64,000 bases of DNA from an uncultured candidate division Zixibacteria bacterium. GTDB lineage: Bacteria > Zixibacteria > MSB-5A5 > GN15 > PGXB01. Location: the NCBI GenBank assembly GCA_963702205.1, contig OY969724.1:352001-416000 (forward strand). The letters run 5' to 3'. Made by a program: the position numbers and the translations under genes. Shown here piece by piece: positions 49,788 to 60,741 of this stretch. Position 1 is the stretch's first letter. Every line of letters begins with the position of its first letter. The notes beneath the pieces were generated by a model that saw only the letters and a list, made by a program, of their open reading frames with translations, was not told the DNA's origin and searched no databases.

Positions 49788-52531
49788 AAAAGCACAGCGA
49801 CATATCCGGCTTCAGTATGATTGAACTGCTGGCGGTCATAGTGATCATAGGCATCGTCGCCGGTTCGGTCCTGCAGTATATGGGAACCGCCATCAGCGAT
49901 TCGCGCGAGTCCAAAACCGAGCGCGAGATGGAAATGCTATCCAATGCCATCGTCGGTGATCCTTCGACCACCCAGGCCGGGGTCCGGTCGGATTTCGGCT
50001 ACGTCGGCGACGTCGGCGCCTTCCCGCCCAACCTCCAGGCCCTGTTTCAGAATCCGGGACTGGGTACCTGGGACGGGCCGTACATTCCGTCGGGCTTCCT
50101 GAAGGACAGTGTCGGGTTCAAGTACGACGAATGGAACAAAGCTTATAATTATTCCGGCGGGATTACCATCACCAGTACCGGCGGCGGCGGGACTATCACG
50201 AAAAAGATCGCCGACGCGGCCGATGACTACCTGATCAATACATTTAATGGAGAAATCAAAGACAAGTCCGACAACCCGCCGGGAAGCGTCTTCGCCGATT
50301 CGGTCGACGTTATAGTGACTTTTCCCAACGGGTCCGGCGGGTACAGGTACTCGATCCTGCCATCCCGATACGACCGGCGGGTTCGCGCTCGATTCGCTTC
50401 CCGTGGGACAACACCCGCTGTACATAATTTTCATGCCGCAAAACGATACGCTCAACCGCGAACTAACTATCCTTCCCCGCAATAAAGGGAGCAAGATGTA
50501 TCGCTTCGCCGAAGACTATTTTTCCGACACGACGGCTATCAACACCGCCGATTATATCGTCCTGACCACGTCCGACAACGGAAGCCTCGGCGGACTGTTC
50601 TTCCGCAACGAAGATATGGTCGTGTACGACGTGACGGCGGATACGTCATCGATGTATTTCGACGGCAGTACCGTATTTTCCAACGACGAAAACGTCGACG
50701 CCATACACATTATCGATAACGGCAATATTATACTCTCGACAGAAGGTTCCGCCACCATAGGCGGACAATCATTCGATAGTGATGATCTTATGCAGTATAA
50801 TCCGGCCACCGGCAGCGCCACCCGGTACCTCCAAGGCGATACCGTCTTCGCCGACAACGAGAATATCGATGCCGTCTGCATTCTGGAGAACGGACATATT
50901 ATTCTGTCCACCACCGGTTCGGCCAGGATCGGCGGCTTGAACTTCGACGATGATGATCTGGTTGATTTTAATCCGTCGACCGGGACGGCCTCCATGTATT
51001 TCAACGGCAGCTCTCACTTTTCGAACAACGCCGACATCGACGCCGTGCACGTCCTCGAAAACGGTGACATTCTTCTTTCGGCCGACGCCAACGACGAAAC
51101 CATCGCGGGGCTTAATTTCGACGACGAAGACATAATCGAATACAACCCGGTCAGCGGCACGGCTTCCATGTATTTCGACGGTGACGGGCCGTTCGGAACC
51201 GGCAACCAAAATATCAACGGCATCAGCTTTGTCGGAACCACGACCGAGACCCCGTCGCTGGTCGGACACTGGATGCTCGATGAAACCTCGGGTCTCATAG
51301 CTCACGATTCCTCAGGCGGCGGTCACGACGGGACCCTGACCAATATGTCGGTCTCCGACTGGACTACCGGCGCTTTGAACGGCGCTCTCGATTTCGACGG
51401 TGTCAACGACTACGTCAACATCGGTAACCAGCTTTCGCACGTCAACGCGCTGACGGTCGCGGTCTGGGTGTACCCGACCGATATAGCCGTCGACCAGCAA
51501 ATCGTCTCCAAAGGCTTCGACGGCACCAGAACTCAGTGGGAGCTGAAAACGACCAGCTCCGACGGCAAAGTGAGTTTCCGGCACTGGCAGCCCGGCGAAG
51601 TGGGGGTACAGTCGATACAAACGCTGCCGGAATCGACGTGGACGCACGTGGCCGGTACGTACGACGGCACGACCTGGAAGATATATTTCAACGGCGTTCT
51701 CGATAACGAAAACGTCGCCGGACCGATTGTGGAAACCTCGCGCAACCTCCTGATCGGTGCGGTCGATATCAACGGTACACCGGGACAGTTCTGGGATGGC
51801 AAGCTCGACGACGTCCGGCTGTACAACTATGCTCTCGATTCGGCCGAAATAGCGGCACTGGCTTTGATGGGTACGTCGGCCGGTATGGTCGGATACTGGA
51901 AACTGGACGAATCCTCTGGTTCGACCGCCCATGATTCATCACCCATCGGCAATAACGGCACTCTGACCAACATGAACCCCGGAAACGACTGGGTCACGGG
52001 CAAAATCGACGGTGGTCTCGACTTCGACGGTGACAACGACCGGGTGATTATCGCCGACAGTGACACTCTCGATAATACTCAGTACCTGACCGTTTCGGTT
52101 TGGGTTTATCCGACCACGCTCGACGGCAACCCGCGCTGCCCGGTTTCGAAAAGATTTGATCCGTCCACGCAGGTACCTGGTACAGCCTCTTCTTCTATAC
52201 CGGCAACCGCCTCTTTGTGGACATCGCCGGGAACAATGACCGGTTCAGTTCCAACCGGGTCTTTACACCCAATCAGTGGTACCATCTGGCCGTAGTCTTC
52301 GACGGAACCCAGACCTCGGCCTCGCGGGTTCGGGTATATGTCGATGGTGCTCTCGACAAAACCGCCACCGAATCCAGTACGACGATACCCAACACGTCAT
52401 CGCAGTTGGTGATCGGCCTGTTAAGCGGCAACAACAGCGGGTATTTCCGGGGAATAATCGACGACGTTCGGATATACCGCAAGGCCCTCTCGGATTCACA
52501 GATTCAGGCTTTGTTCAATATGGGGAATTAG
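49781..52531 (+). CDS. Prepilin-type protein 2 with four acidic ~57-aa repeats and two LamG domains (915 aa after frameshift correction)
   Basis: SG|FSMIELL signal; shared pilin core; removing one G at 50346/50347 and two bases in CAGGTACCTG (52170-52179) joins three ORFs; LamG motifs GHWMLDE..GALDFDG..WTHVAGTYDG..GKLDDVRLY. Confidence 0.8.
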
Positions 52532-53837
52532 ATGTATCGAGCCGTCAGGAAAAATAAAGCTGTATCGCCGGGTTTCACGCTCGTGGAATTGGTGGTCGTA
52601 ATTGTCATCATGGGCATACTCGCGGCGGTAGCGGCCAAATATGTCGGTCCGGCGCTGGAAGCGGGAAAAATCGAAGACGCCAAAAATGAAATGGACGTGC
52701 TGGCTTTGGCCGTCGCCGGAAACCCCGACCTGGAGAACAACGGGACCCGCAGCAGTTTCGGGTACATCGGCGATAACGGCGCTCTGCCGTCGAACCTCGA
52801 TGCCCTCGTAACCGACCCCGGACTGGGCACGTGGAAAGGACCGTATCTGAATAATTCCTTCAGCCAGGATCCCAGCGATTTTAAGACCGATCCCTGGCGC
52901 AGCACATATTCTCTCAGCGGGGTTAACATTACGTCGAGCGGTTCGGGATCGAACATAGTGCGGTCAATCGCCGGTTCGAGCGCCGAGCTTCTCTTGAACA
53001 GCGTGACCGGCAACGTTTACGACGTCGACGGCACTCCCCCCGGTCCGGATTACAGCGATTCACTCTCGGTCCTGCTGACTATCCCCGACGGCACCGGAGC
53101 ACTGTTGACAAAAACCCATACGCCCGACGCCGGAGGCTATTTCGCATTTGATTCGATTCCTGTCGGACGCCACGACATCGAGATCGTCTACGCCGGTGCC
53201 GATGACACTCTCACCAGATTTGTCACAGTGACGCCGAACAGTACCCGCTTATGCCGAGTACCGTTTGACATCCAATTACTGGCGGGCCGGAACCAGCGGA
53301 GCTTTCCTGTTCTGGGCCGATTTCGATACCGACGAAGACGGTTTTTCATACAACGACGACGTCTTTCGCTCTACCAGCGAACCGTACTACGCCGACGGTT
53401 CCCGCATTTCATCGGGAGGGTACTCCGGCGGGGCGCTTCAGGTCGATCTGGGCGGAATCAACAATAACGATATTTACGACATGTCGGGTGGCTGGAGCCG
53501 GGACTTCGCACTGTCTGATGCCGCCAGTATTCGGCTTTCATTCCGGTACAGGTTATCCCAGACCAATCAGTACGAATCCGATGAGTACAGCCAGGCTTTG
53601 GTCAGTATAGACGGTACACTATACGGAACGCCGCCCGATGATTACGTGGCGCAGGTCGTGGGCAACGGCTCCGGCGGCAGTGCCCCCGACACCGACTGGC
53701 AATTGTTCCAGGTCGATCTCGGGACGCTCTCCGCCGGGACACATACGATAGTAGTCGGAGGATACAACAACAAGAAAACACAAGTCAATGAGTCGACCCA
53801 GGTTTTAATTGACGAAGTGTCTTTATCGGAAATATGA
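52532..53837 (+). CDS. Prepilin-type protein 3 with C-terminal jelly-roll-like domain (434 aa after frameshift correction)
   Basis: PG|FTLVELV signal; shared core; removing one C at 53244-53246 gives NSTAYAEYRLTSNYW and joins ORF 53265-53837. Confidence 0.8.
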
Positions 53838-54586
53838 GCATGAGAATATTGAAGAATATGATTCGCAGTACGCGCGGCTTCACTCTGGTCGAGACGGTAA
53901 TAATCATCGTCGTCCTCGGGATACTGGCCGCGGTGGCGACGGTGAAATTCAACGACGTCACCGATAACGCCCGTTTCAAATCCACGCTGACCGAAATGGA
54001 TGCCGTCGCCAAAGCCATCGTCGGCAATCCCGACGCCTACAGCCGGGGCACCCGGTCAGATTTCGGATATGTCGGGGACATCGGTGCCTTACCCCCCAAC
54101 CTGGACGCCCTTTATTCCAACCCCGGAGGTTTCAGCACGTGGCACGGACCTTATATCAAAGGCGCCGTCAATCCCTCGGACTATAAGTACGACGCCTGGA
54201 ATACGGCTTACGGTCTCCTCGGCACCACTCTGCGCTCCACTGGTTCGGGGTCGAATATCGATAAAATCTTTGCCTCCAACGCCGCCTCTCTGACCGGCAA
54301 TTCCGTCACGGGTTATATTATGGACGCCGGTATGATCGCGCCCGGTGACGATTACAAAGACTCGGTTACGATCCGGCTGGCCTACCCCAATGGCGCGGGC
54401 AGCATAACGACCGCATCGGTCAATCCCGACAAGTCGGGACGCTTTTCATTTTCAGGACTTCCCATCGGCAACCATGCTCTCGAAGCTATATATATGCCCG
54501 AATCTGATACGGTTAAAATGCAGGTTTGCGTTTTGCCGTCGTCTTCGGATAAAATCGAAATCATTTTCCCCGCCGACCTCTGGTAG
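53834..54586 (+). CDS. Prepilin-type (GspG-like) protein 4
   Basis: RG|FTLVETV signal; RSDFGYVGDIGALP..TWHGPY..DAW; ends DLW. Confidence 0.87.
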   Translation: MSMRILKNMIRSTRGFTLVETVIIIVVLGILAAVATVKFNDVTDNARFKSTLTEMDAVAKAIVGNPDAYSRGTRSDFGYVGDIGALPPNLDALYSNPGGFSTWHGPYIKGAVNPSDYKYDAWNTAYGLLGTTLRSTGSGSNIDKIFASNAASLTGNSVTGYIMDAGMIAPGDDYKDSVTIRLAYPNGAGSITTASVNPDKSGRFSFSGLPIGNHALEAIYMPESDTVKMQVCVLPSSSDKIEIIFPADLW

Positions 54587-54682
54587 ACCATCCAAGCGAA
54601 AAGACTCTAAAATAAATTCCTTGCCTTATCTCCTTTTTGGCGCCAATTTCTCTGTATATATTTCTTCCGAAAGGGGTTTTGA

Positions 54683-55582
54683 ATGGGCATTAACTCGTCC
54701 TTGTCGGATATATGGGCGGCGCTGAATGTAATATTCAAGTATAAGCTTTTTGAGATCAATCAAACGCCGGTTACTATTTCGTCCATATTGATGTTTGTCA
54801 TCGTCTTCTTGATCTTCATCCTCGTTTCACGCATCCTGAACAAGGTAATCCTCAAGGGGCTTCTAACCAAGCTTGAGGTCGAACCCAGCCATCGCTATAC
54901 GATCATTCGCATCGGCCATTATATCGTCATGATAATCGGCGCTATTGTCGCGTTCCAGTTTATTGGTATTAATTTGGGCGGACTGGCGGTAATTTTCGGT
55001 CTCCTCTCGGTCGGGATCGGCTTCGGTTTACAGAATGTAACGTCGAACTTCATTGCCGGGCTGATTTTACTTTTCGAACGGCCGATAAAGATCGGCGACC
55101 GGGTGACAGTCGGCGATACCGAGGGCGACGTCATTGCTATCAACATGCGCTCCACGGCCATTCTGACTTTGAACAACATTACCATCATCGTCCCCAATTC
55201 GCAGTTCATTTCCGAGAGAGTAACCAACTGGTCGCACGGTGACCCCAAAATAAGACTTGAAATCGAAGTCGGAGTGTCTTACAACAGCGACCTCGATCTG
55301 GTTTTGCAATCCCTGCGAGACGTCGCCGATGCCGACCCCGAAGTCATGAAAAACCCGGAACCGAATGTATTATTGAAATCGTTCGGGGATTCGTCGTGGA
55401 ATATGGTCCTCCGGGCCTGGATAAGAAGCCCGGAACGCCATTATCAGGTCCGCTCGCAAATTAACTGCGCCATCGTCCGAAAATTCCGTGAAGTCAATAT
55501 CGAAATACCGTATCCTCAGAGAGATTTGCACGTGCGTTCCCCCTTGCCGGTACCGTTCAGTAAAGGAGAAAATGAGCGATGA
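54683..55582 (+). CDS. mscS: Small-conductance mechanosensitive channel (MscS family)
   Basis: GIGFGLQNVTSNFIAGLILLFERPIKIGD, VPNS, IEIPYPQRD. Confidence 0.9.
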   Translation: MGINSSLSDIWAALNVIFKYKLFEINQTPVTISSILMFVIVFLIFILVSRILNKVILKGLLTKLEVEPSHRYTIIRIGHYIVMIIGAIVAFQFIGINLGGLAVIFGLLSVGIGFGLQNVTSNFIAGLILLFERPIKIGDRVTVGDTEGDVIAINMRSTAILTLNNITIIVPNSQFISERVTNWSHGDPKIRLEIEVGVSYNSDLDLVLQSLRDVADADPEVMKNPEPNVLLKSFGDSSWNMVLRAWIRSPERHYQVRSQINCAIVRKFREVNIEIPYPQRDLHVRSPLPVPFSKGENER

Positions 55583-55830
55583 ACAATGACAATCGAATTC
55601 CGCCGGTCGAGCCAGCAAAGGCATCATCCGGCGCGGCTGTAAAGCGGGCCCTGATAGTCATACTGGCCGTGTTGGTTCTCATCCTGCTGATTCAAAATAT
55701 TCACGTGGTTACGGTCAAGTTCCTGTTCTGGCGGATTTCAATGTCCCTGGCGCTGCTTTTTCCGTTGATGCTGTTAATCGGCCTCATTATGGGTATGCTG
55801 ATTCAATTTCTCGTTGCCCGTAAAAAGTGA
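55579..55830 (+). CDS. Small LapA/DUF1049-like membrane protein
   Basis: Two TM helices around IQNIHVVTVKFLFW. Confidence 0.7.
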   Translation: MNNDNRIPPVEPAKASSGAAVKRALIVILAVLVLILLIQNIHVVTVKFLFWRISMSLALLFPLMLLIGLIMGMLIQFLVARKK

Positions 55831-55922
55831 CGATAAAATCGAGTCTCTCGGCCGTATCATTTTGGAATTCTTCGGAAACCGAACATTATAAATAGATCTA
55901 TCAATACACTGAACAGGAGGAT

Positions 55923-56534
55923 GTGCTGATGAAAACCCTGTTGGTTTTGGGATTACTTCTGGTCACGCTGGCCGCTGGAGCAGTCGCGCAGGATGACCCC
56001 GCCGCCGATCAGGCCGCTTTGATGGAAACATACATGAAACTCGCTCAGCCCGGCCCCGAGCACGAAATGCTCTCCAAAATGGCCGGTAAATGGAATCTCA
56101 CCGTCACCATCTGGCCCGCCCCCGGCGCCGATTCGATGGTTTTCAGCGGGACCGGAGAAAATGAAATGATTCTGGGAGGAAGATTTCTGCAGATGACATC
56201 GGTCAGCGGCGAGGGTGAGATGGAAACCCACACACTGCACATAATTGGCTTCGACCGGAGGTACAATGAATACAACCTGGCCGGATTCGATGACCACGGG
56301 ACCTATTTCGTAACCGCCAAAGGTTCGCAGGATGAAAAAACCGGTAAAATAGTCATGTCGGGCGAAGACGCCGATCCGATTTTTGGGTTCACACAGGTAT
56401 ATGATTGTGTGTTAACAATCGACGGAAGCGACAAGATGACAATGGAGTGGATTTTTAAAAATCCCGAACTGACCGGCGGTGCCGATCAATTTAAAATGGT
56501 CGAGGTTCAGTACATGCCCCAAATAAATCATTGA
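55923..56534 (+). CDS. Secreted DUF1579 family protein
   Basis: Signal peptide; PGPEHEMLSKMAGKW, ILGGRFL, IGFD; AGGAGG RBS. Confidence 0.78.
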   Translation: MLMKTLLVLGLLLVTLAAGAVAQDDPAADQAALMETYMKLAQPGPEHEMLSKMAGKWNLTVTIWPAPGADSMVFSGTGENEMILGGRFLQMTSVSGEGEMETHTLHIIGFDRRYNEYNLAGFDDHGTYFVTAKGSQDEKTGKIVMSGEDADPIFGFTQVYDCVLTIDGSDKMTMEWIFKNPELTGGADQFKMVEVQYMPQINH

Positions 56535-56541
56535 AATATAT

Positions 56542-56570
56542 AAAACAGCCCCGCTATTGCGGGGCTTTTT
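56542..56570. terminator. Bidirectional terminator between convergent genes
   Basis: AGCCCCGC-TATT-GCGGGGCT stem with flanking A and T tracts. Confidence 0.82.
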
Positions 56571-56585
56571 AATTTTTCGTAAAAT

Positions 56586-58412
56586 CTATTCCACCGTGAC
56601 GCTCTTGGCGAGGTTGCGGGGCTGATCGATATCACAGCCGCGCAGGACAGCAATATGATAGGCCAGAAGCTGGAGCGGGATCGCCGCCAATAGCGGCGTA
56701 AACAGCCGGAAGGTCTTGGGTATATAAATCACGTGATGCACTTTCTCGGCGATTTCATCGTCACCCTCATTGGCAATGGCAATCACTTGCCCGTTGCGCG
56801 CCTTGACCTCTTCGATATTGGAAAGAACTTTATCGTATACCGGGTCTTTCAGGGCAATAACCACGACCGGCATATTTTTATCGATCAGCGCGATCGGACC
56901 GTGTTTCATCTCGGCCGCCGGATAGCCCTCGGCGTGGATGTACGATATTTCCTTGAGTTTCAGCGCGCCTTCCAGAGCCGTCGGGAAATTCACCCCGCGC
57001 CCCAGATAGAGAAAATTATTATGCTTGTAGTACAGATCGGCGATTTCTTTGATTTTGTCCTCGGTCTGCAAAATATGCTCGACCTTCTCGGGAATATCTT
57101 TCAGGTTCTCCAAAAGTTCCATGCCGTTGAGGATGGTCAAATGCCTCATGCGACCCATAAGGACGGCTATCTGCGCCAGGACCATGACCTGTGACGTAAA
57201 CGCTTTGGTCGACGCCACCCCGATTTCCGGGCCGGCGTGGATATATACCCCGCCGTTGGTTTCGCGGGCGATGGATGATCCGACCACGTTACAGATGCCC
57301 AGGACGGTCGCGCCGGTTTTGCTGGCTTCGCGCATGGCGGCCAGGGTATCGGCCGTTTCTCCCGACTGACTGATAACGATAATGGCCGTGTTTTTTCCGA
57401 TAATCGGCGAACGGTACCGAAACTCCGAGGCATACTCAACTTCGACCGGCACCCGTGCCAGATCCTCGATCAAATATTCTCCGATCAGGGCCGAATGCCA
57501 CGACGTCCCGCAGGCGGTGATAATGATCCGGTCGATCTGCCGCAGTTCGTCGTACTGGAGATTCAAACCGTTGAGCCTCGGGATACCCTCCTCGAAATTG
57601 AGACGCCCACGAATGGCGTTGCGCAGGGTGGTCGGCTGTTCGTGAATCTCCTTGTGCATGAAATGGTCGTGACCGCCCTTGGCGATCATATCCAGGTTCC
57701 AGGAAATTTCCTCGACTTTCGGGGTTTTGACAATTTTATCGATGGTGGTAATCTCGTACGTATCCGCGGTCACGGTAGCGATTTCACCTTCTTCGAGATA
57801 AACCGCTTTGTTCGTATGTGCCAGTATGGCCGAAACGTCGGAGGCTACGAAATTTTCGCCCTCCCCGAGCCCGATCACCAGCGGTGAACCGCGGCGGGCG
57901 GCGATAATCCGATCGCTCGCCAGCGATGATATGACGGCTATACCGTATGTTCCCTCGACCAGGTTCAAAGCTGTCCGAACCGCTTCGGTGATATCGTTTT
58001 CATAGTACTCTTCGATCAGGTGCACCAGAACTTCGGTATCGGTTTCGGTATGGAAATTGTGCCCTTTTTCCTTGAGGAACGCCCGGAGCGCGCGGTAATT
58101 TTCGATAATACCGTTATGGACCATGGCGATCTGGTCCTTACTGTCGAAATGAGGATGAGCGTTCACTACGGTCGGTTCCCCGTGCGTGGCCCACCGGGTA
58201 TGGGCAATGCCCCGGCTGGAATCGTACTCGCGCCCGCGAATCTGTTCTTCCAAAACCGCGATTTTTCCGGCGCATTTTTCCGCAATCAAACGATTGCCTT
58301 CGGCCAGTACGAACCCGGCCGAATCATACCCCCGATACTCCAGCCTCTTAAGCCCTTCGATCAGAATCGGCAGGGCTTTTTTGGAACCGATATACCCGAC
58401 AATCCCGCACAT
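56586..58412 (-). CDS. glmS: Glutamine--fructose-6-phosphate transaminase
   Basis: MCGIVG, LEYRGYDSAG, HTRWATHG, SQSGETAD, EMKHGP, PRNLAKSVTVE. Confidence 0.98.
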   Translation of the reverse strand: MCGIVGYIGSKKALPILIEGLKRLEYRGYDSAGFVLAEGNRLIAEKCAGKIAVLEEQIRGREYDSSRGIAHTRWATHGEPTVVNAHPHFDSKDQIAMVHNGIIENYRALRAFLKEKGHNFHTETDTEVLVHLIEEYYENDITEAVRTALNLVEGTYGIAVISSLASDRIIAARRGSPLVIGLGEGENFVASDVSAILAHTNKAVYLEEGEIATVTADTYEITTIDKIVKTPKVEEISWNLDMIAKGGHDHFMHKEIHEQPTTLRNAIRGRLNFEEGIPRLNGLNLQYDELRQIDRIIITACGTSWHSALIGEYLIEDLARVPVEVEYASEFRYRSPIIGKNTAIIVISQSGETADTLAAMREASKTGATVLGICNVVGSSIARETNGGVYIHAGPEIGVASTKAFTSQVMVLAQIAVLMGRMRHLTILNGMELLENLKDIPEKVEHILQTEDKIKEIADLYYKHNNFLYLGRGVNFPTALEGALKLKEISYIHAEGYPAAEMKHGPIALIDKNMPVVVIALKDPVYDKVLSNIEEVKARNGQVIAIANEGDDEIAEKVHHVIYIPKTFRLFTPLLAAIPLQLLAYHIAVLRGCDIDQPRNLAKSVTVE

Positions 58413-58423
58413 ATTGCCTGTCC

Positions 58424-59779
58424 TTATTTGAAGAAGCTCATCACTTCGGAGGCGATTACTTTCGACAGGTTCCGGTCGTCGGTTTCGACTATCACCCGGA
58501 AGATCGGTTCGGTGTTGGACGTTCTCACCTGAAACCAGCCCCTCGAAAAATCGCAGCGAACCCCGTCGCGATGATCGTATTTTAGCTTGTCAAAACTACC
58601 TTTGGCCGCCTTTTCCATTGCGGCCAGCCTTTGATTGAATTTATCGGGAAGAGCCGCTTTCTGCTTTATAGTATAATATCTCGGCAAAGTTTCAACCGTT
58701 TCCGCCAGGCTCTTTTTGTCGCGAGCCAGAAGAGCGCAAACCAGGGCCGCTCCGACCAGCGAATCGCGTCCGGCATGGCAGGCCGGATAAATCACACCGC
58801 CGTTGCCTTCACCGCCGATGACCGCCCGCAGCCGCCTGATCCCGGCCACGACATTGGCCTCGCCGACCGGCGTGTAAAAGACCCGTCCGCCCAGTTCTTC
58901 GGCAGCATCCTGTGTCACGCGCGACGTCGACAGGTTTATGACGACCTTGCCCTTTTTGCGGGACATGATATATCTCACGGCCAGCGCCAGGGTCAACTCC
59001 TCGCCGATGGGACGGCCTTTTTCGTCGACCAGCGCCAGACGGTCGGCATCGGGATCGCAGGCCATACCCAGGTCGGCTTTGTGCTTGCGTACCGCCCGGC
59101 CGAGAGCCGCAAGATTTTTTGGGACCGGTTCGGGTTCGTGGATGAACTTGCCATCACCGTTGCAATTTATTCTTATAACCTTGACGCCGAGAGCTTCGAG
59201 CATCATCGGAAGCGCCGTCGATCCGGCGCCGTTGATGGCGTCGACCACTATTTTGAATCTGGCCTGTTTAATCTTGGGCACGTCGATGACCGGCAATTTG
59301 AGTATTTTGGAAATGTGTCGGCCAACCCAGGTGTCATCGCTTTTAACCTGGCCGATATTTTTAAAATCTTTAAACGCGAATTTTCCCGACGCGACAATTT
59401 TTTTCAGACGGTCCAGAAAATTCTTGTCGATGAATTCACCCTTGCCGTTGAAAAACTTAAGGGCGTTCCACTGGGCCGGATTGTGCGACGCGGTAATACA
59501 AATTCCTCCGACTGCTCTGAGTCCGGTTACCGCGATTTCGACCGTTGGAGTCGGGACTATTCCGAGATCGATTACATCCAGCCCGCACGAAACCAGCCCC
59601 GAGATCACCGAGCGGCCGATCATTTCCCCGGTGATACGGCTGTCGCGACCGACGACCACTCTTCCCTTTTTAAGCAGGGTGGCAAAACCGGAAGCGTACC
59701 TTACCGCCAGAACCGGATCGAGCCCCCCGCCGACAATACCCCGTACTCCCGATGTTGAAACGATTAACGCTTTTTCCAA
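58424..59779 (-). CDS. glmM: Phosphoglucosamine mutase
   Basis: GRDSR, TASHNP, DPDADR, GEGNGG, RTSNTEP; directly upstream of glmS. Confidence 0.85.
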   Translation of the reverse strand: MEKALIVSTSGVRGIVGGGLDPVLAVRYASGFATLLKKGRVVVGRDSRITGEMIGRSVISGLVSCGLDVIDLGIVPTPTVEIAVTGLRAVGGICITASHNPAQWNALKFFNGKGEFIDKNFLDRLKKIVASGKFAFKDFKNIGQVKSDDTWVGRHISKILKLPVIDVPKIKQARFKIVVDAINGAGSTALPMMLEALGVKVIRINCNGDGKFIHEPEPVPKNLAALGRAVRKHKADLGMACDPDADRLALVDEKGRPIGEELTLALAVRYIMSRKKGKVVINLSTSRVTQDAAEELGGRVFYTPVGEANVVAGIRRLRAVIGGEGNGGVIYPACHAGRDSLVGAALVCALLARDKKSLAETVETLPRYYTIKQKAALPDKFNQRLAAMEKAAKGSFDKLKYDHRDGVRCDFSRGWFQVRTSNTEPIFRVIVETDDRNLSKVIASEVMSFFK

Positions 59780-59940
59780 ATCAATCCTTCCTGAGGAGCA
59801 TTTTATCTATCTGATAGGATTATAATATATTTATCGCTGCCTGCAAAACGCCAAATACGGTTCTTTTGTTTCAACGACTTTATTGACAAAAGCGACAAAT
59901 TCCCCTAATTATCGTATATTTTTACCGGCTTGAGGAATAT

Positions 59941-60741
59941 ATGCCGAATTTCAATTATCGCGGTTATGACATGGCCTGGGATTCGTACGGCGACGGCGGC
60001 AACACCCTGCTGTTCGTCCACGGTCTGGGAAGCCACGGTAAACAGTGGCTGTACCAGATAAATCATTTTAAAAAATCCAACCGCGTGATTACTGTCGACC
60101 TCTTCGGTCACGGCCGGAGCGCCAAAGACGTCGACCCGATTTTCGCGCCTCGCACCGATGCCGAAGCCATCATGGCCCTGATTGGTCAGGAAATCGGTGA
60201 AGCGGTCTGGGTTATCGGTCACAGCTTCGCCAGTGCCATCCTGCCGGAAATGATCAAGCTGGACCGAACTTTGCTCAGGGGAGTCGTTTTCGTCGATTGC
60301 ACCTACCAGGGCCTTGATCATATCATCCTCACCCGCGAAAATTTCGCCCGGCATATGCTGGAATACGACGACCAGATGCTGGCTATCAGGACCGACAAAT
60401 GGTTCGACGACCTAATCGGACCGACCGACAAGAGCACCGTCAATTTCATCAAATCACCAATTAAATTCTGCAATATCCGCTGGTTGTTTGAATCATCGGC
60501 GGGGTGCCGACGGTACAACCTGCTCCATCCGCCCGACAAGACGCCCGTCTACCCCGACCTGCCGATTTTCGTAATCGAGGCCGATCACGGCGTCGGCAAC
60601 GATATCCATAAATCATGGGTCAATCATTTCCGGCAATCCCGATATTATTTGTTTGATAACTCCTGGCATTTCTTTTTCGTAACGAAGCACGCCCAATTCA
60701 ACCAGCTTATCGAAGATTTTATTTCCGTCAACAGCGAATAA
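59941..60741 (+). CDS. Alpha/beta hydrolase
   Basis: FVHGLG, DLFGHGRS, nucleophile elbow GHSFA, C-terminal His in WHFFF. Confidence 0.82.
   Translation: MPNFNYRGYDMAWDSYGDGGNTLLFVHGLGSHGKQWLYQINHFKKSNRVITVDLFGHGRSAKDVDPIFAPRTDAEAIMALIGQEIGEAVWVIGHSFASAILPEMIKLDRTLLRGVVFVDCTYQGLDHIILTRENFARHMLEYDDQMLAIRTDKWFDDLIGPTDKSTVNFIKSPIKFCNIRWLFESSAGCRRYNLLHPPDKTPVYPDLPIFVIEADHGVGNDIHKSWVNHFRQSRYYLFDNSWHFFFVTKHAQFNQLIEDFISVNSE

Noticed and set aside
28471..53247. Programmed ribosomal frameshifting or phase variation
   Set aside because: No slippery heptamers or long homopolymers, and the extra base occurs on either side of the GTAC palindrome regardless of reading direction
28451..53837. ORF-track fragments (28451-29530, 29753-30199, 50403-52295, 52217-52531, 53265-53837) as separate genes or true pseudogenes
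   Set aside because: One- or two-base corrections at GTAC sites rejoin them into coherent proteins with no other decay
58413..58423. glmS ribozyme
   Set aside because: Only 11 nt separate glmM and glmS
4137..59825. Long antisense ORFs (e.g. 4137-5420, 7989-9317, 16965-18299, 41153-42661, 58631-59758)
   Set aside because: They are shadows of well-supported genes on the other strand in GC-rich DNA and show no recognisable motifs
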